From the NCBI RefSeq assembly GCF_036971445.1, contig NC_091471.1, positions 255,502,001 to 255,566,000 on the forward strand: a stretch of 64,000 bases of DNA. Reading direction: 5' to 3'. Source of the stretch: Narcine bancroftii (Eukaryota). Below the pieces are notes generated by a model that made no database searches, was not told the DNA's origin, and saw only the letters and a program-made list of their open reading frames with translations. Made by a program: the position numbers and the translations under genes. This document shows, in pieces, positions 63,430 through 64,000 of this stretch (positions are counted from its first letter, which is position 1; every line of letters begins with the position of its first letter).

Positions 63430-64000
63430 CGCATTATCCACCCACGGCCGTGTGGCCAGGCACAATTCCAAGGCGCTCTATACGTTTGCCGACGACACGT
63501 CAGTTGTCGGCAGAATCACAAACGGCAATGAGGAAGCGTACAGGAGGGAGATAGATCAGCTCGTTGAGTGGTATCATTCCAACAATCTTGTGCTCAACAT
63601 CAGCAAAACCAAGGGGATGATTGTGGACTTTAGGAGGAAGTAAGGGGGTCACGGCCCAGTCCTCATCGAGGGCGCAGTAATGGAGAGGGTCAAAAACGTC
63701 AAATTTCTGGGTGTCAACATCTCTGAGAATCTGTCTTGGAGCCTCAACATCGATGCAATCACAAAGAAGGCTCCCCGGCGGCTATACTTTGTGAAGTGTC
63801 TGAGGAGGTTCGGTATGTCACCGAGGTAAACTTCTACAGGTGAACCATGGAGAGCATTCTGGCTGGTTGCATCACTGGCTGGTACAGAGGCATCATCTCT
63901 CAGAACAAGAATAAACTCCCCAGAGGGTTGTTAACTCGGCCTGCGACATCACAGGCACCAGACTTCACCCCATCGAGGACATCGACATGAGGCGGTCTGT
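63430..64000 (+). mobile_element. L2/Rex1-Babar-type LINE RT fragment, running off the window
   Basis: FADDTSVVGRITNGNEEAYRREI..W..NNLVLNISKTKGMIVDFRR. Confidence 0.9.

Overview
Eukaryotic, repeat-dense intronic or intergenic DNA. The repeat fauna (HE1-type V-SINEs, CR1, L2/Rex-type, L1/Tx1, Penelope-like elements) points to a cartilaginous fish, probably a ray; this is an inference. No complete host gene, intact RNA gene or CRISPR array is present. Most of the window is nested, decayed transposable elements: a full-length Gypsy provirus (9278-13396, both LTRs, 4-bp TSD), a second deleted Gypsy, several ~220-bp solo LTRs with 5-bp TSDs, a 2.9-kb RTE LINE, a chimeric RTE insertion, hAT MITEs with 8-bp TSDs, and Penelope remnants whose termini carry decayed hammerhead-ribozyme cores. 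There are also mini/microsatellites and five N gaps. Two isolated exon-like segments (2129-2227 minus, 22064-22183 plus) may belong to unidentified host genes. The most interesting observations are a pair of SINEs sharing one body and tail but carrying different Pol III heads (5S rRNA vs tRNA-Thr), hammerhead-bearing Penelope termini including a head-to-head palindrome, an AviRTE-like possible horizontal-transfer LINE, an RTE/minisatellite template-switch chimera, and a composite two-MITE hAT element. Family assignments come from motif recognition by eye, not database searches, and boundaries without a TSD are approximate.
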